From Epithemia pelagica (lineage: Eukaryota > Protista > Bacillariophyta), in the NCBI GenBank assembly GCA_946965045.2, contig OX337241.1, positions 2,294,001 through 2,358,000 of the forward strand: 64,000 nt of DNA. Reading direction: 5' to 3'. The notes beneath the pieces were generated by a model that searched no databases, was not told the DNA's origin, and saw only the letters and a list, made by a program, of their open reading frames with translations. Each line of letters starts with the position of its first letter. The stretch's first letter is position 1. Made by a program: the position numbers and the translations under genes. Shown here one piece after another: positions 34,501-47,180 of the stretch.

Positions 34501-36824
34501 AACCGGATACTCTTCGTTGTTGTTTGCCCATTCATCTTGTTCTTGATCTTGCACACACTCTGTCGCCAGATCTTTTGCTCTCTCTCTGTCAGCAGCTGTA
34601 TTTCCATGGAGGGACGTCGGAGCATCGGCTTCCGGTTGATGCGTCGATGACGATTGTTCGTATGAGTAAGCCTTGTCGTCATCTCTGCCCTCCTCGTCGT
34701 CATCCGGACATGTTTGAAGTGGTTTGAGGCCTGGGCGTTTGTGCATCCCACGGAAACGCAACGCCTCAAAGCCAGTTTCTCTGAAGAATACCTTTGTCTT
34801 GGACGAGATTGTGCTGTCAGAATGTACGGAAGAGATCTTGGTCGAATTCTCATCAGACGGGGTTTTGGTTTCGGGTTTTTCGTCGGAAGAATTCGCGTTC
34901 GGTGTCTGCTGTCGATTTTTTACCAATGCAGGGGTATTTGTTGTGTCTTGTGACGGCTGGGGCATGACTTTGGATATTCCCATGACAGGTCTGGCAGGCC
35001 GCCCCTTTGTGACCACATCAGCTGTCTTCGATTCTTTTCCGAGAGCAGGCTCGAAAGTCCGTTTCAGATAAGGCTTTGCAATATTTGGTCCAAGATTGGA
35101 AATGTTTCTCCGTCGTGCTTCTGAAGGGCGTGATGAAGCTTTTGAGAGAAGACTTGCGTTTACCGACTCCGGATCCGAAGCAAGGATGCTATTGTTGGCA
35201 CTCATCCGATTACCACCGCTTGCGCAGAGGAATCTATTGCCAACAACGTTTGGAGCAACAGGGTGTTGGCCTGCAACAAACATGCTTGTTGGTCCAAAAG
35301 ATTTCGTTGCACGACCTTCCACTCCAGTGTCATTGATTTCCGGTCGAACACCCGGTGGCCCAGTCGTTTGTGGCAGCTGATTCTCAACCATGGTATTGTC
35401 TTCTTCTCCGGTGAAACTATGATCGTTGGGAATGCTATGATTCTTGCCACGTGTCTGTGTATCGGATGAAAGGGGTTCATGAGGACCCGTGGTATCGAAC
35501 GCTTCTCCTTTGGAAGCACCAAGACGGTTCTTTGCATTTTCGAAAAACTGGTTTTTGTTCTTCTGAACAGCCGTCCTGTTATCCTGAATTCCATTTTCTT
35601 TAATTTTACGATCATCTTCGTTTGCTTTCGATACTCTTCGTTGAATAACAGGGCATACAGCACAAGAAACGGCTCCTTTGAACTCTGTCATCGGCATGCT
35701 GCAATTTCGACATTGTTTTTGTAGTAGTTTATGACCTTGGAGCATTTTCACACTCAGAACCTTCGTTGCAATGAGTTTTCTGTTCAACGTGATGAAAGTG
35801 AGTTTTCTTCTATTTAGATTTCTTTTGAATGGATACAAATATAGACTTACCGTTCCTCAAAGTTGGGCCATCCCTTTGGGTGTTGATTCTCAGATGTTTC
35901 GTCACTGCCGTCGTCACCATCTCTTTCGGACCGAGAACTGTCGTCGCTGGTAGTAGAATAAGGACTGGCCTGGCTGCTGTGAATTGATGCAGTACTGGGA
36001 CTTGCAGCTTTAACAACGGTTTTGCTGATGGTACTTCCAGGAGTCATGCTCATTTCGCTGGTTGGGGTACTATTTTCCGTTGCCTTTGTCAAGCCTGTTC
36101 GCGCTTTCGAGATTGTCTTACTGTCGGGACTAGAGGTCTTGCTGTAGGCAGATGGAGTTGTGACATCTGGAGCACTGGTATCTCTACCTTCATGATTGTC
36201 TTCTTGATCCTCAAAACTTTCCACCATGGAAGCAACCAAAGACTCCGCGTCGGAAATTTCATCAGCCGCTACATCGTGAACCGGACTACCCAACGACATA
36301 GGAGTTTCTTTTCCTGCATTGCTTTGGGATTTCACCAGCTCAACCTCATTCGTTTCGAGAACATTAATATGTGGATTGTGACCGTCTTTCGTCGTATTTG
36401 TTTTTTGCCCGTCCACCATTTCAGGCGACGAGACACTAGATGCTTCGGTGTCCACCGTCTCGTCATCGTCAATAAGAGAATGAAGTTTATCGGGGTCTTT
36501 CTGAAAGTCGATCAATATTCGCCCTTGTAGAGCTTGACCGTGAAAATGGCGCTGGATCCGAACAATGTCGGCTTCGTCCGTCATGATGTGGGCTCTACAA
36601 CTGACACAGAAAGGGACTCCAGGCACCGGGGCATTGATATCACATTGCTTTTTAAACCGAAGCCCATGACCAACTTCTTGTTTAACCAAAGGAGTCACAC
36701 ATCTCGGACAAACACGCTCCATTAGCAAGAAACCATGCATTAGCTTTTCGCTGAGAAGCTCTTCAATGCGACCCTCATCCATCAATGTCGCGGTTGAGCC
36801 TACCGCAGAGCTGTCGTCCGCCAT
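31501..36824 (-). CDS. Large low-complexity protein (~1750 aa) with three SSSCA1/ZNRD2 (autoantigen p27)-like Zn-ribbon modules; exons 36824-35851, 35779-31501
   Basis: KLMHGFLLMERVCPRCVTPL...FCVSC; KMLQGHKLLQKQCRNCSMPM...SCAVC; KRMSEGWIILNSSCPQCSTPLM...ICVMC; a 71-bp GTAAGT...AACAG intron joins the two track ORFs in frame (total 5253 nt). Confidence 0.8.
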
Positions 36825-37355
36825 TGTCTCCGTACGATTAATAGAAAAGCCTTCACCAGAGAATCCTTTTGTAAACAATCACTTCTAGCAGCGATCAGTC
36901 TCTGCAACCAACTCGCTAAACATCCAATTTGCTCTTATCAATTTTTGAGGTTTGGCGAACAGCGAATTTGTTGGCAAATGCATTGATCATCGCTGTAAGG
37001 CGCATTCTTTTAAGCCTCTTGATCTTGATCCTGATTACATCTGAGAGATTATAATAAATATTTTATGTTTCTTGATCTTGATCCTGTAAATACTTTACTA
37101 GCAATTGTAGGTCGATTGGCGAGCATTAGTCACAGCGATCAAAACTTCGAGTGGGTTATGACTTACTACATATGCCTATTTGCTCTTGATCCCGTTAAAG
37201 TCCCGAAGAAAAGAGTATTGCCCTGACTTCAAAACGACACCCCCGAAATCGAAGACCCCCAGTTTGACCCCTTCGTTTTGAATAGGGTATCTTTATTCTG
37301 ATGTCCATGAGCCATCGCCGCCGTCGTTGGCATTCATCCCAGTGACTTTTCGGAC

Positions 37356-37910
37356 ATGAACTCCCACATACTGTCGGGAATCGCTTCAATGACGAGGCGT
37401 GTAGTCAAAACCACGTCGTTTGTGTCATCATTCTCAGGCCAGCAGAACGCCGGTTCTGCAGCGGCGCATTCTTGGTTGGGTAGTTTCTGTCAGCAACCGA
37501 TTCAGATCCGGTCTTTCGCCTCCAAGTACATGTCCAAGTCAGCACGGAAACGCATGCCTCTGACAACGAAGATGGCGAGGAAAGGCTACTACAAAGGGAA
37601 ACGATGTACATCAGAGGGGCGCATCAATTCCAAGGGGAGGTATTTTCCCAATCCGTTGAAAAAGCTTCAATTGGTCATTCCTGATCTTACTGGATTCAAG
37701 GTAAGCGCGACAAGGCGACTATAACCAGACACGCCATCGTGAGGTCTCTCTCAGGTACCCTTGTTTTGATTATTCCGTGATTTTTTCCATTCATGTCTCA
37801 CGTGGATATTGTTACTTGTACTCTTTCCATCAAAGTTGAAACCGTACATTGCTTCGAGCGCGTCAAGGTTCCCACCAGAGAAAAGGAGAGACGCCGTGCA
37901 GAACAAGTAG
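37356..37910 (+). CDS. MRPL41: Mitochondrial ribosomal protein mL41 (YmL27/MRPL41-like); exons 37356-37700, 37836-37910
   Basis: RKRMPLTTKMARKGYYKGK...G...SKGRY...VIPDLTGFK-LKPYIA restored by the GTAAGC...AAAG intron; N-terminal presequence-like region. Confidence 0.85.
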
Positions 37911-38419
37911 AAATTCCATTTTCGAATGACTATCCGCAGTCCGCAGTTCTGAATCCAGGGTTTCCACAAACGTCGTTGGGTGGATTTGAAATTTCTCCTT
38001 GAACTTCAGCAGAAGTATTTGAATTAGTACTATTTCGGATGCAACAGAACCCCCTGTGTCGGACAAAGACAATTTTTATATCCTAGGAAGTCGTTTGATT
38101 TACAACTCGTCCCTTCTCACTAGCCCCACATGCTTATCTTGTGATCACGAACTCACGGCTACTACATAGTCCGCAACGTGGAATAAACTCTCAACTGATA
38201 TGGACGAATCAAAGGAAGACGAAAACATTTGAATATATGGAATTATTTAAGCTACAGAAAACCTCAGTAAAGTTCATTCGTCATCTGTCATCATGACTAC
38301 CTAGTGAGACTGAACGAAAGCGCTCAAATTCAATGCCTTAGTTGCGAGAAGACTGGAGGCCAACAGCATGGAATCAGACACGGTCCACTCAATGCCGGAC
38401 GCAAATGGGGAACGATCCC

Positions 38420-38935
38420 CTACAGACGTCGACCACGACGTCCAGACTTGCGGCGTGTGGAATCACTCGGGATTGGGGTAACATCCTCAATACGTCCAAT
38501 TTTAAGTCCATTTCGTGCCAAAGCTCGAAGTGCAGATTGTGCGCCTGGTCCAGGTGATCGGCTTTTGTTACCTCCAGTTCCCCTTACTTTGATGTGGAGA
38601 GCCGTAATGCCCAATTCCTTGCATCTAGCCGCAACATCTTGGGCGGCCAACATGGCTGCGTAAGGCGATGATTCATCGCGATCTGCCTTCACCTTCATTC
38701 CACCCGTTACACGAACCAAAGTTTCCCGACCCGACAAATCAGTCACATGGACAAACGTATCATTGAAAGAAGCGAAAAGATGAGCTACTCCAAACACCTC
38801 TTCACCCTCGAGCAGCTTTACGCCGCCCATTACCTGTCCGCTTTCTTCACTAGAGAACAAACGCAGCAACAATAATCCATGTGAGTCCAAATGAATACGT
38901 CACAGACCGAGTTTTTCAAGATGGACTTACGCCAT
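38420..38935 (-). CDS. RPS14: 40S ribosomal protein S14 (uS11); exons 38935-38931, 38849-38420
   Basis: [25 protein letters not shown]...[25 protein letters not shown]...[14 protein letters not shown]...[23 protein letters not shown]; 5-nt first exon ATGGC followed by GTAAGT. Confidence 0.97.
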
Positions 38936-39218
38936 GTTTGTAATTCTATGTAAAAGAAGCTATTTGAACCAAACAAGTCGTTGTACCACTACTTGTACCA
39001 CTAACGTGACGCTCGGATCTCGGATTACCGTCGTCGCAACGTTTTCCGTCAATTCTCAAAAAAGTAAGGCGGAAAGAGGTAAAACCCCGCATGCGCGCGA
39101 AAAAACTATGCGACGCTCGATTATCTTTCCACATAGCTACGGACAGCGTTTTCTAGAGAGGAACGACGTGTGGATGGGATCAGTTCAACGTTTATGAATC
39201 TGCTAGAAAATACTAGAA

Positions 39219-42201
39219 TTATGTTGACGATGCTTCTAGTGTGTCAAGTTGGAAGAACCTTTCACCCTTATGCACAATACAGAAAATTGTTGCGATCCAA
39301 GTTCGTCTCTCGTTTATTGTCTCGCGAAGATGAGAGAGGGCGTCACTTCTAGCTGGGGTCGATTCATGTTCTCCAAGCGTCCGGAGCAAAACTTGTGCAG
39401 CGGATGAACTTAGACCAACTATGACATCGATGCACTCAAGATCGTCGTCGTCCCCTTGAAGCCTCAAACCCAATCCTCCCTGAGAGCGGAACGTGTTCTC
39501 CAGTTCAGAAGTTGATAAGGCTTTGATAGAGGGGAAAGTGTCCAGAATCTTCACACCGCCAACAAAACACGACGGTTCGGGAGAGGCAGCGAATTGTGTC
39601 AAACTTGAGGTTGTTTTATTCTCGTCAATCTCTCTCGCAGCGCTTGCAGAAGTGGTATGTTCACCTTCCAGTTCCAGGGATTCTTCCTCTCTTGAATCCC
39701 GTGTAGTGTTTGACGATAGGGGGAGAACTCCGCTATTTGGATTCAAAGGATCCTTCAGCTTCAATCTTTCATCATGCGCTTTGATGAGCTCTGCCACCTC
39801 ATAGGTCAAACTTGGCAGCGGCGTAACATGAGTTTTCGCAGATAACATGAGACAACGTTGCCCACCAGCCAGCTCTCCCATCCTGACATTTCGTAGCCTT
39901 ATAAAAGAGCCTATTTGCGTTGTCTCAACGAGAAGATCCCAATGAGATTTTTCCCACACTGCTACATTTGCCACTCGACCTGTCACTGCTTCCGGTACAG
40001 CAAGGTTCTCATACTTCTTCATCTGTCGGAGGGACATGACTACACGCGAAAGATTGGAAAGTGCCGCTGGTGGTGGGTCGCCTCCCGCTGTCGGCGACCA
40101 AAAGGGCAGATACGGTTCTGACGAAGGAGCACCCGTCCCATCCCAAACTCTCAAAAAACCATAAGCAGAAATGCCACTTGTGGTCGGTGACTCTATCATG
40201 GCAGTCACCATCACTGTGAGATCGCCCTCTTTTTGGCTATCTGGTTCGGCACTGTCAATAGAGAAACGATGCACATCAGCCATATTCCAGAAGTAGTCGG
40301 ATTTAATTGTTGCATACTGAAATATTCTTTTCTGGCCCCATTTCCACAGTTTCGGAAACCGCTCTTCATCCTTTTCACCCACTGAGCACTTTTTGCTGGG
40401 CGAACGGACGATCCAGTCAAGACTACTCGAACTGTAGTCTTGACGAAAGACAAGATAAGATGTACCTTCACCACCCATAAGTTGAACATCACCTTTCCAT
40501 TTCTGCACTTTGACTCTGTGTATTCTAACCACATCACCGCAGTATCTTACGTCCGGTAAGGCGCTTTTCGTCTTGGCAAAAGCAATAATCGCCACAGCTG
40601 GTACGTGACCATTGAACGTCGGTTCCAAACTATCATCAACCAGGGCTATCGAAATCATCCACTGCTGTCGCTTCGTTAAAGACGGTGGACAAAACCCAAG
40701 GGCTACACCGTAAATGTTGACAACACACGGACGCATCGGCGCCGAAGCATTGTGACTATCATAATGTGTTTCAAGCTCACTCTACCCAATAATCCACGTG
40801 AGTTTGCACCATTCATGGCAATGAAACCATAGTAGATGCGTATTTTTCACTTACCAGCAGAGTATACTGAGTGGCACTGCTTTCATTCTTGTTGGCTCGA
40901 GAACCCAACTTATCTGCTACCAACGTAACCTGTCGTCCATTGTCAGGATCCAATGAAACTGGTATCCTCTGCCTTGCACCAATTGCGGCAGTTTCCGTAA
41001 CCTCGGTAATGTAGTTCTTGTGTCGGTGTGAAATTTCCCATTCTCGGACGACTTGACGGCTTTCAATGGACACTAATAAGACTCGAATTTCGACCGCATC
41101 ATCTTGACTTGGACTGGCACCATCAAATCGATGATAGGCCATTGTCGTTGCTGCCGAGTCGGTTTGATCTAGCGGTTCCTCTTGAGTGTCATGAAGTCGC
41201 GATTGATCTCCAAAACAAAGGCAATACGGTGAGGCATCGTGCTGATTGAACCAATCCGATGATCCGGCAGAGTTGGGCAAAATGCTGACCGGTTGTACGT
41301 TCACCAGTTGTAGCTGCAAGGAATGACCAAGCAATACTTTGTTGGTCCGACAAAGAGGCAGTATAGAATTCAAGGCTTTGGCGTAACTGTTGTAGAAAAA
41401 GATTTGCATTCGCTTCACTTGGGGAGGTCCAAGCTCTGACATGACAGCCACGGCCAACTGCCGTAGTCGATTATTGGGATTTTGTGGTGCCAGAGACGAG
41501 CTTTGCTGTTGCTGCGTGACTTCGATACTCAGAACGGACCGATAAATCATATCGAGCGGTCCATCGTCTTCACACGGCAACAGACTCATGCGCAAGAAAT
41601 CGGGATGTTCACAAAATGCAGTCTGGTTTCGGGGTGAGGCTTTCAATACTGCAGGGCGACGGATAAGGCGGAACGGCCATACTTTTTGTATTGTAAGATT
41701 TCCCAGTTGAACAGACTTCGTGGACAAGTTTATATCACCAAATGCGCTAGCGGTGTGCAGTGTGTCTCGAATATTAGGGATGTTGCATTGTAAATCCGTC
41801 TCATTCTGATCGAGGTCGTCATTGTCAGCATGTAATTCATCTCCCACAGCGGAATGATAAGGTCTCTTTCTAGTCCTACGGTCCACTTCGCTTGGGAAGG
41901 TGGTTTCGTGTTCTTCTGGAGGATCCTGAGAAGTGGATTCATGTTGTTGCGTTGTTTGCAGACACAATCGTTTATTCATGAACGACTGAATCCACTCTTT
42001 TTGGAACCCTGACCACTCCTCGTACGCCAGTTTCCCCGTTTCATTGGGGCGACGGTGGGGGACTCCTCCTTGTCCAGAACCACCCTTTGCTAGAGTGACT
42101 GTCGATCCGTGGTACTGTGTCCCGTGCGCTGCTGCTGGGCGATTCTGCTCTCTAGCCGTTCCTCGTAGCTCCTCCTGAAAGAAGGAAACAAGACCACTCA
42201 T
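39219..42201 (-). CDS. POT1: POT1-like telomere ssDNA-binding OB-fold protein with ~450-aa N-terminal extension; exons 42201-40855, 40781-39219 (~969 aa)
   Basis: VVNIYGVALGF, IALVDDS, LPDVRYCGDVVRIHRVKVQKW (OB1) and LRVWDGT (OB2); a 73-bp GTAAGT...GGTAG intron fuses the two track ORFs in phase 0, giving QYTLL-SELE before OB1. Confidence 0.75.
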
Positions 42202-43781
42202 ATTCTGCTCCCTATTCCCATTTTCTCATGCCTCTGCTTGCACAACAAACAACGAGATGCTACCAAAATCTAATCTTTGGGTGGGGGTAATGGAGCTCCA
42301 ACTAGAATGGGGGTATCTATCCCCTGTATTTCGCTATTCCCCTTTTTTGACTGGGGAGATTGTGGAGCTTGCCGAAACTCTTTACATGGCCATACGGCCG
42401 AAGTGGAACCTAAGTCGACAAGTATCCATCAGCCATCAGGGCTCCAATGTATCTCTACCTAGCTATCATTGAAAAGAAGATGGAGAACGACCCATTCCTT
42501 GCGGAAGTCCAGCTCATCGAGCATCGAGAGGAAAGAACAAACGGATACAGGCAATCAGTCCTAGCCATTGCCAATCTCCATAGAAAGCATCAAAGCAATC
42601 ATAAGATGGTACAAAAAGATGGCTTTGAAATGGACAGTCAGTCAACAAGGCAGTTATCCAGCTTCAACGCAAAAATGTTCTCACAAGTGGTTATCAAGCA
42701 CAGTCATCGCAATCTATTAATATGCATGGTTTCTATTCACTGACTGATCATCAACCATCTTTCGAACCTCTTCATTTTCAAAGAAGGATCCATTGCCAAA
42801 GCAACGACATCTCACCCTGTTCGTGAAAGCAATAGCATTTGCCTGTGGACTGTGGATGTGGATTGTGGAGGCAAGAACCAAGAATACGATCAAGCTCGTA
42901 GCTCGTACTCGTACGAGTACTCCTCTACGAGTACGAGTTACGAAGAAGAAAATGTGATATTGTACGCGACTGTCTGTCGTGAGCCCAACGCCCTACCAAC
43001 TAATAGTAAGCAAATGCAAACGGAAACTATACAAGATGAAATCTGTCAAAATGTCCCAACAAGATGTCTCTGGAAACTCCAATTCGCAAACCACGCTCAC
43101 GAACAGCCCAATGCACTACCTCTATAATCTACGATACTCGGAGTCTGTTGAATATATGATTTTTTTGTCAAAATATGATTTGTATTGTAATTCTACATAT
43201 CGGGTTCTATGGGGAAGATTATGGCCTTACATTCAGAATTCAGGGAATAAGGTACAAACATATTTAAATATGAATATATTGTCATATATTTTTCTTTCTT
43301 TTACTTCTGGAGAACACATTTCCGCTACCAGTTTCGTTATCATCAATTATCAATCATGATGATGTGCAATTCCTCTTCGCTCTGGGATGGTACACGAGTA
43401 CGAATAGCGGGAGTGTTGTAGATGGTAGACCAAGATCAAGAATCAAGAATCAAGATGTGCCAAGACGAAGTAAACGAGCGTCTACTCGTAAAACCAATGA
43501 CTACTCCTCATGATCTATCTCATTCTAGAAAGCAATAGGACGCGTGTTGTTCCTTTATAATGCTTCCGATCTCTCTGATAGGGTGTGGTAGGTTAACAGT
43601 CAAAGAAGTGTAATAGGTACGATGACTGTGACTGCCATCTGCCATTGTTGAAAGAGAGCGGCATGCTTTCACGAGCTGGGATGAATTTTGCCTCAAACTT
43701 TTCTCATTAATCTCGTTCCAAAACATACTTGGCAGAGTGACCAGCATTCAACATCGAACAACTATTCTTACAACGCGTAAC

Positions 43782-44123
43782 ATGAGAAGCGACTGCGCCT
43801 CTTTGAGTTCCACGGAAGATACAAGAGATTGGAATCAGGAAGCGTCAAAGCGAGAAGATCGGGGGAGCATGAGGTCATCCGGCAAAGTCTTATTCCGAAA
43901 CGATTCGGCAAGTATGCCGGAAGATGCTTTACGTCGTGAACTTGCATACCAGTGGTACACAAGATGTGGAAGGCCTTCACGTAAAAACATGAAAGAACGA
44001 GTGTGCAAGATCGATGGTTGCGACATTACCTCTTCCGATGTTGACCTGTTGCCATGGAAATGCAAAGGTCTGATGGTGGACCACGGCGCCATGATGAAGA
44101 TGATGAAAGAAGCGTCAGTATGA
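43782..44123 (+). CDS. Small conserved-looking hypothetical protein (113 aa)
   Basis: LAYQWYTRCGRPSRKNMKERV...DITSSDVDLLPW resembles a motif I recall from small diatom proteins; intact ORF. Confidence 0.6.
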   Translation: MRSDCASLSSTEDTRDWNQEASKREDRGSMRSSGKVLFRNDSASMPEDALRRELAYQWYTRCGRPSRKNMKERVCKIDGCDITSSDVDLLPWKCKGLMVDHGAMMKMMKEASV

Positions 44124-44999
44124 GTAGCCTTACTCGTGACGAGGAGATGGGAACGATAATAGAGGGAGGAGAACAAAAATAGAATCCGACGATGGATATT
44201 TTTGTGTCCGTCCACCGTGAGCGGGGTGGCAGGGGTGCAGGGAAAAAGCATTTGTATTCACGCATTGCTCATAATGCATAACAGCGCAAGTTTGGAGATC
44301 CAATGTGACTGCGCACGAACACCGTTCAAAGTGGTTGTTACTTAGCTAAACAACTACATCTTTGATAAAAATCACCCTTACCGAGCATTCGACATTGTGG
44401 TAGGACGCAATAGGAAGGCTGCATGCATTCATGGGTTCATTGTCTGCTGGCATGGTCTTGAAGTCAGAATGGAAGTCAAACTTTCAACGAAAACAAACCA
44501 TTTAACGTTTTTGTTACGGTCCAAAGGTTATCACTCCAGATTCGACCGACCATCCGATTTCATCATGATCCCGCCCGTTGGATACAGTCCTCGTCATTGT
44601 AGTAGTATCTTCATCATTCAACAAGGTCTTCACAAAATCAAGTTCATTATCTATGCCAGCCACTTCTATATGGATCTGATAAAACTCCAAGTATGGTTTA
44701 GCTACACCCACAAGGACAATTTCGCTACGATCACTGAGGGAAATAACATGACTTGCCCGATTACGGATACACAACTGCGCGACAGAGCAGCGATTGCTCG
44801 ATCCAACTGAGATTGCCGCTCCCCACTCCACCGATCAGCACAAGTGATAGGACGTGTCAGATGTACGTCTTATGTCAGGATCATTTTTAAGAAGCGACGA
44901 CTGTTGGATTGTCATATAAAACATATAGTAGTCATCGCTATCTCACATGTTTCAGCAGAACCAAGCGCCAGAGAGAGCATACTCCAGGCTTACAATTGC

Positions 45000-46084
45000 G
45001 AGATGACGGCATAAAGGAGATTTGTTATCCCCAAGAACCCCGGAGCAAATCAATCCCAAAACACCTGTGGATTTTCCGCATCGCGCGTCGACTTGCCTGG
45101 TTCGACCTGAGATTAATTCCTAGCTCCAGCGCTTGGACGTGGCTGAACAAGATTATGACCAAATGGTCGAATGGTTTGGTGACATTTATAGTCGCTATTA
45201 TTTTCTTGTCCCGCCTCTGCTTGAACGATGGAAGAACCTGAAGCAGGAACTTACGACAGCGACACTTGCTGATGCTTTCTTCTCTGCAGAAACAATGCAA
45301 GATCCGAATAATGCAAAACACTACCGGTTTTGGACCAAGACATGAAATTTCTGCTACTCAAGGTGTGGAAAGGCACTGCCACCAATTCTGAATGTGCCAC
45401 ACTTGTCCCGTACGGTATTCTCAAGCAGGAAAACAAAGAGTGGTCCTGCGAACATGTCCGCCGAAAGTACTTCTTCGATCTTTTCCAGACCGGTATGACG
45501 ATCCCAGACCTCTTTGATGCCACCGATAATCTACCCAGAGAACTTGATCTTGCAAAGGCAGGCTTGAAGGACATCAATTGATGAGTCTAGTGAGTCTGGC
45601 TTTCCGGTTGAAGATATCTGGCAGGCCGAATTCTACGGATCCATTGGCCAGCACGTTCCACGACCGTACGTTTTCTGTAAAGAATATGCAACATCTTCAG
45701 GGAGGCGGACTGGGAGCGTGGATGGATTTTGTTCTTCGAAACGGCGAGACTCGTGCAATTGAGTTTTTGACCAAGTCTGACAGGGTTGGTGAACACCACC
45801 AGCGTTTCGAGACACGAGTATACCAAAGTCTTCGTTTGAGTGGCTCTTATTTAGTGGTGGACATCAAGCCATGGGGCCGCATGCCGGACATTCTTGATGT
45901 TGCTGAGGAGGAGCGGCTTAATGTTGCATCTGCATGTTTCCGCGATCCGCATGTCCAATGGGGATCTCGGCGCCTCCATCATGCTGTTTTTCTTGTTTCC
46001 AATGACGTATCAAAGGGCATGCTGTTTACCTACGATCAAACCACTGATCGAGCGCAAGTGGCACAACTGTCAGGACACGTCTGA
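45000..46084 (+). pseudogene. Degraded Crinkler-like (CR) gene ending in a restriction-endonuclease-fold domain
   Basis: Protein-like text switches across several frames; the terminal segment MDFVLRNGETRAIEFLTKSDRVGEHHQRFETRVYQSL...YLVVD resembles the DF...IEL...EH..RF...Y...VVD pattern of CR-REase domains. Confidence 0.5.
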
Positions 46085-46291
46085 ATCGGCAAGGCTGCGA
46101 GTTGGCGGTGGAAGCACGACAGTCATGTCTCACCACCCCCAGGACTAGCCATTTGACGGCTGGTATGCTACGATTGGCCAGAGGAATGCAGAATAATCTG
46201 TAGCAAATCACAAAGTAGACATTGTCTTGCTGTTGGTGTTGACGCTTTCGTTTTCGATTGCGACAAAGCTTTTGGTAGGTTCTTTCATTAG

Positions 46292-46546
46292 GTGCAGCTC
46301 TTGACTTTGCGTCGCTTGTTGGGTACTGGAAATAACATCAAGGCGTCCGAAGAAATGAATCATGTCTTGGCGCAGATGGCGACCAATACGGAGACATCCA
46401 AGAACCCGACAATGCCATTCTCTACGAATGCGTGTAAACGATTATGGGTGTAGAAAGCGAGGATCGCCTTCGTGTCTTTGGCGGTGAATATTCTTGGCCG
46501 CTTTTTACTGAACCATGACAACAACATTCGATACGTGGCCCTCGAC
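46292..46546 (+). pseudogene. Isolated fragment of AP-1 adaptor complex gamma subunit
   Basis: VQLLTLRRLLGTG...SEEMNHVLAQMATNTETSKN / NAILYECV*TIMGVESEDRLRV / AVNILGRFLLNHDNNIRYVAL; matches the conserved gamma-adaptin block, with one stop and two frameshifts. Confidence 0.85.
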
Positions 46547-47180
46547 GCACCCTTTCCAAGTGCATTGTCGACCAAAAACAATCCGGTCACGATGACATGC
46601 CCGTCGGAGAAGGAGAAGCCAACAGCGCCATGTCTGCTTCGCACGACCGTCGTGGATTAGTCGATCATCCGCTTTGAGGGTATAAAGTACGAGTATACGG
46701 GGGACTCCTGGGGGATAAAAAGCGGATGTTTCTACAATTGCCCCGAAGGTCTTTCTGTGATTCAAGTTTCCAGTGTCGATGTCATTCCCGCTGGATATTG
46801 TATCTCTGAGCCTCCCAAGCAGGGGTTAGTCGCACATGAGTGGATGAGCGATGCGCAGTCGAATGCCGGTTTTTGCCGACTAAGGCGTGATTCCGATATA
46901 AACTACCGCTAAGGTGATGGATATGAGCCCTATCATTTCGATTAAAACCGGGCGATACCACAACACGTGTGCGTGGGACATAGCAAGCAAGACTAATCGA
47001 TGTCCTTAGCTCTCACAACCCGGTCCAAGGCAATTATAATGGTGACTGGTCGATTCTTGCGAATTGGTTGTGCGTATTCGAAAACAATCATGACAAACGA
47101 GAAACGAGGGAGATCGCGCAAAACTTCGCAAAATATGCGGAGGCTCCACTTTTTCAACACATTCTATTCGAATTTGAACC

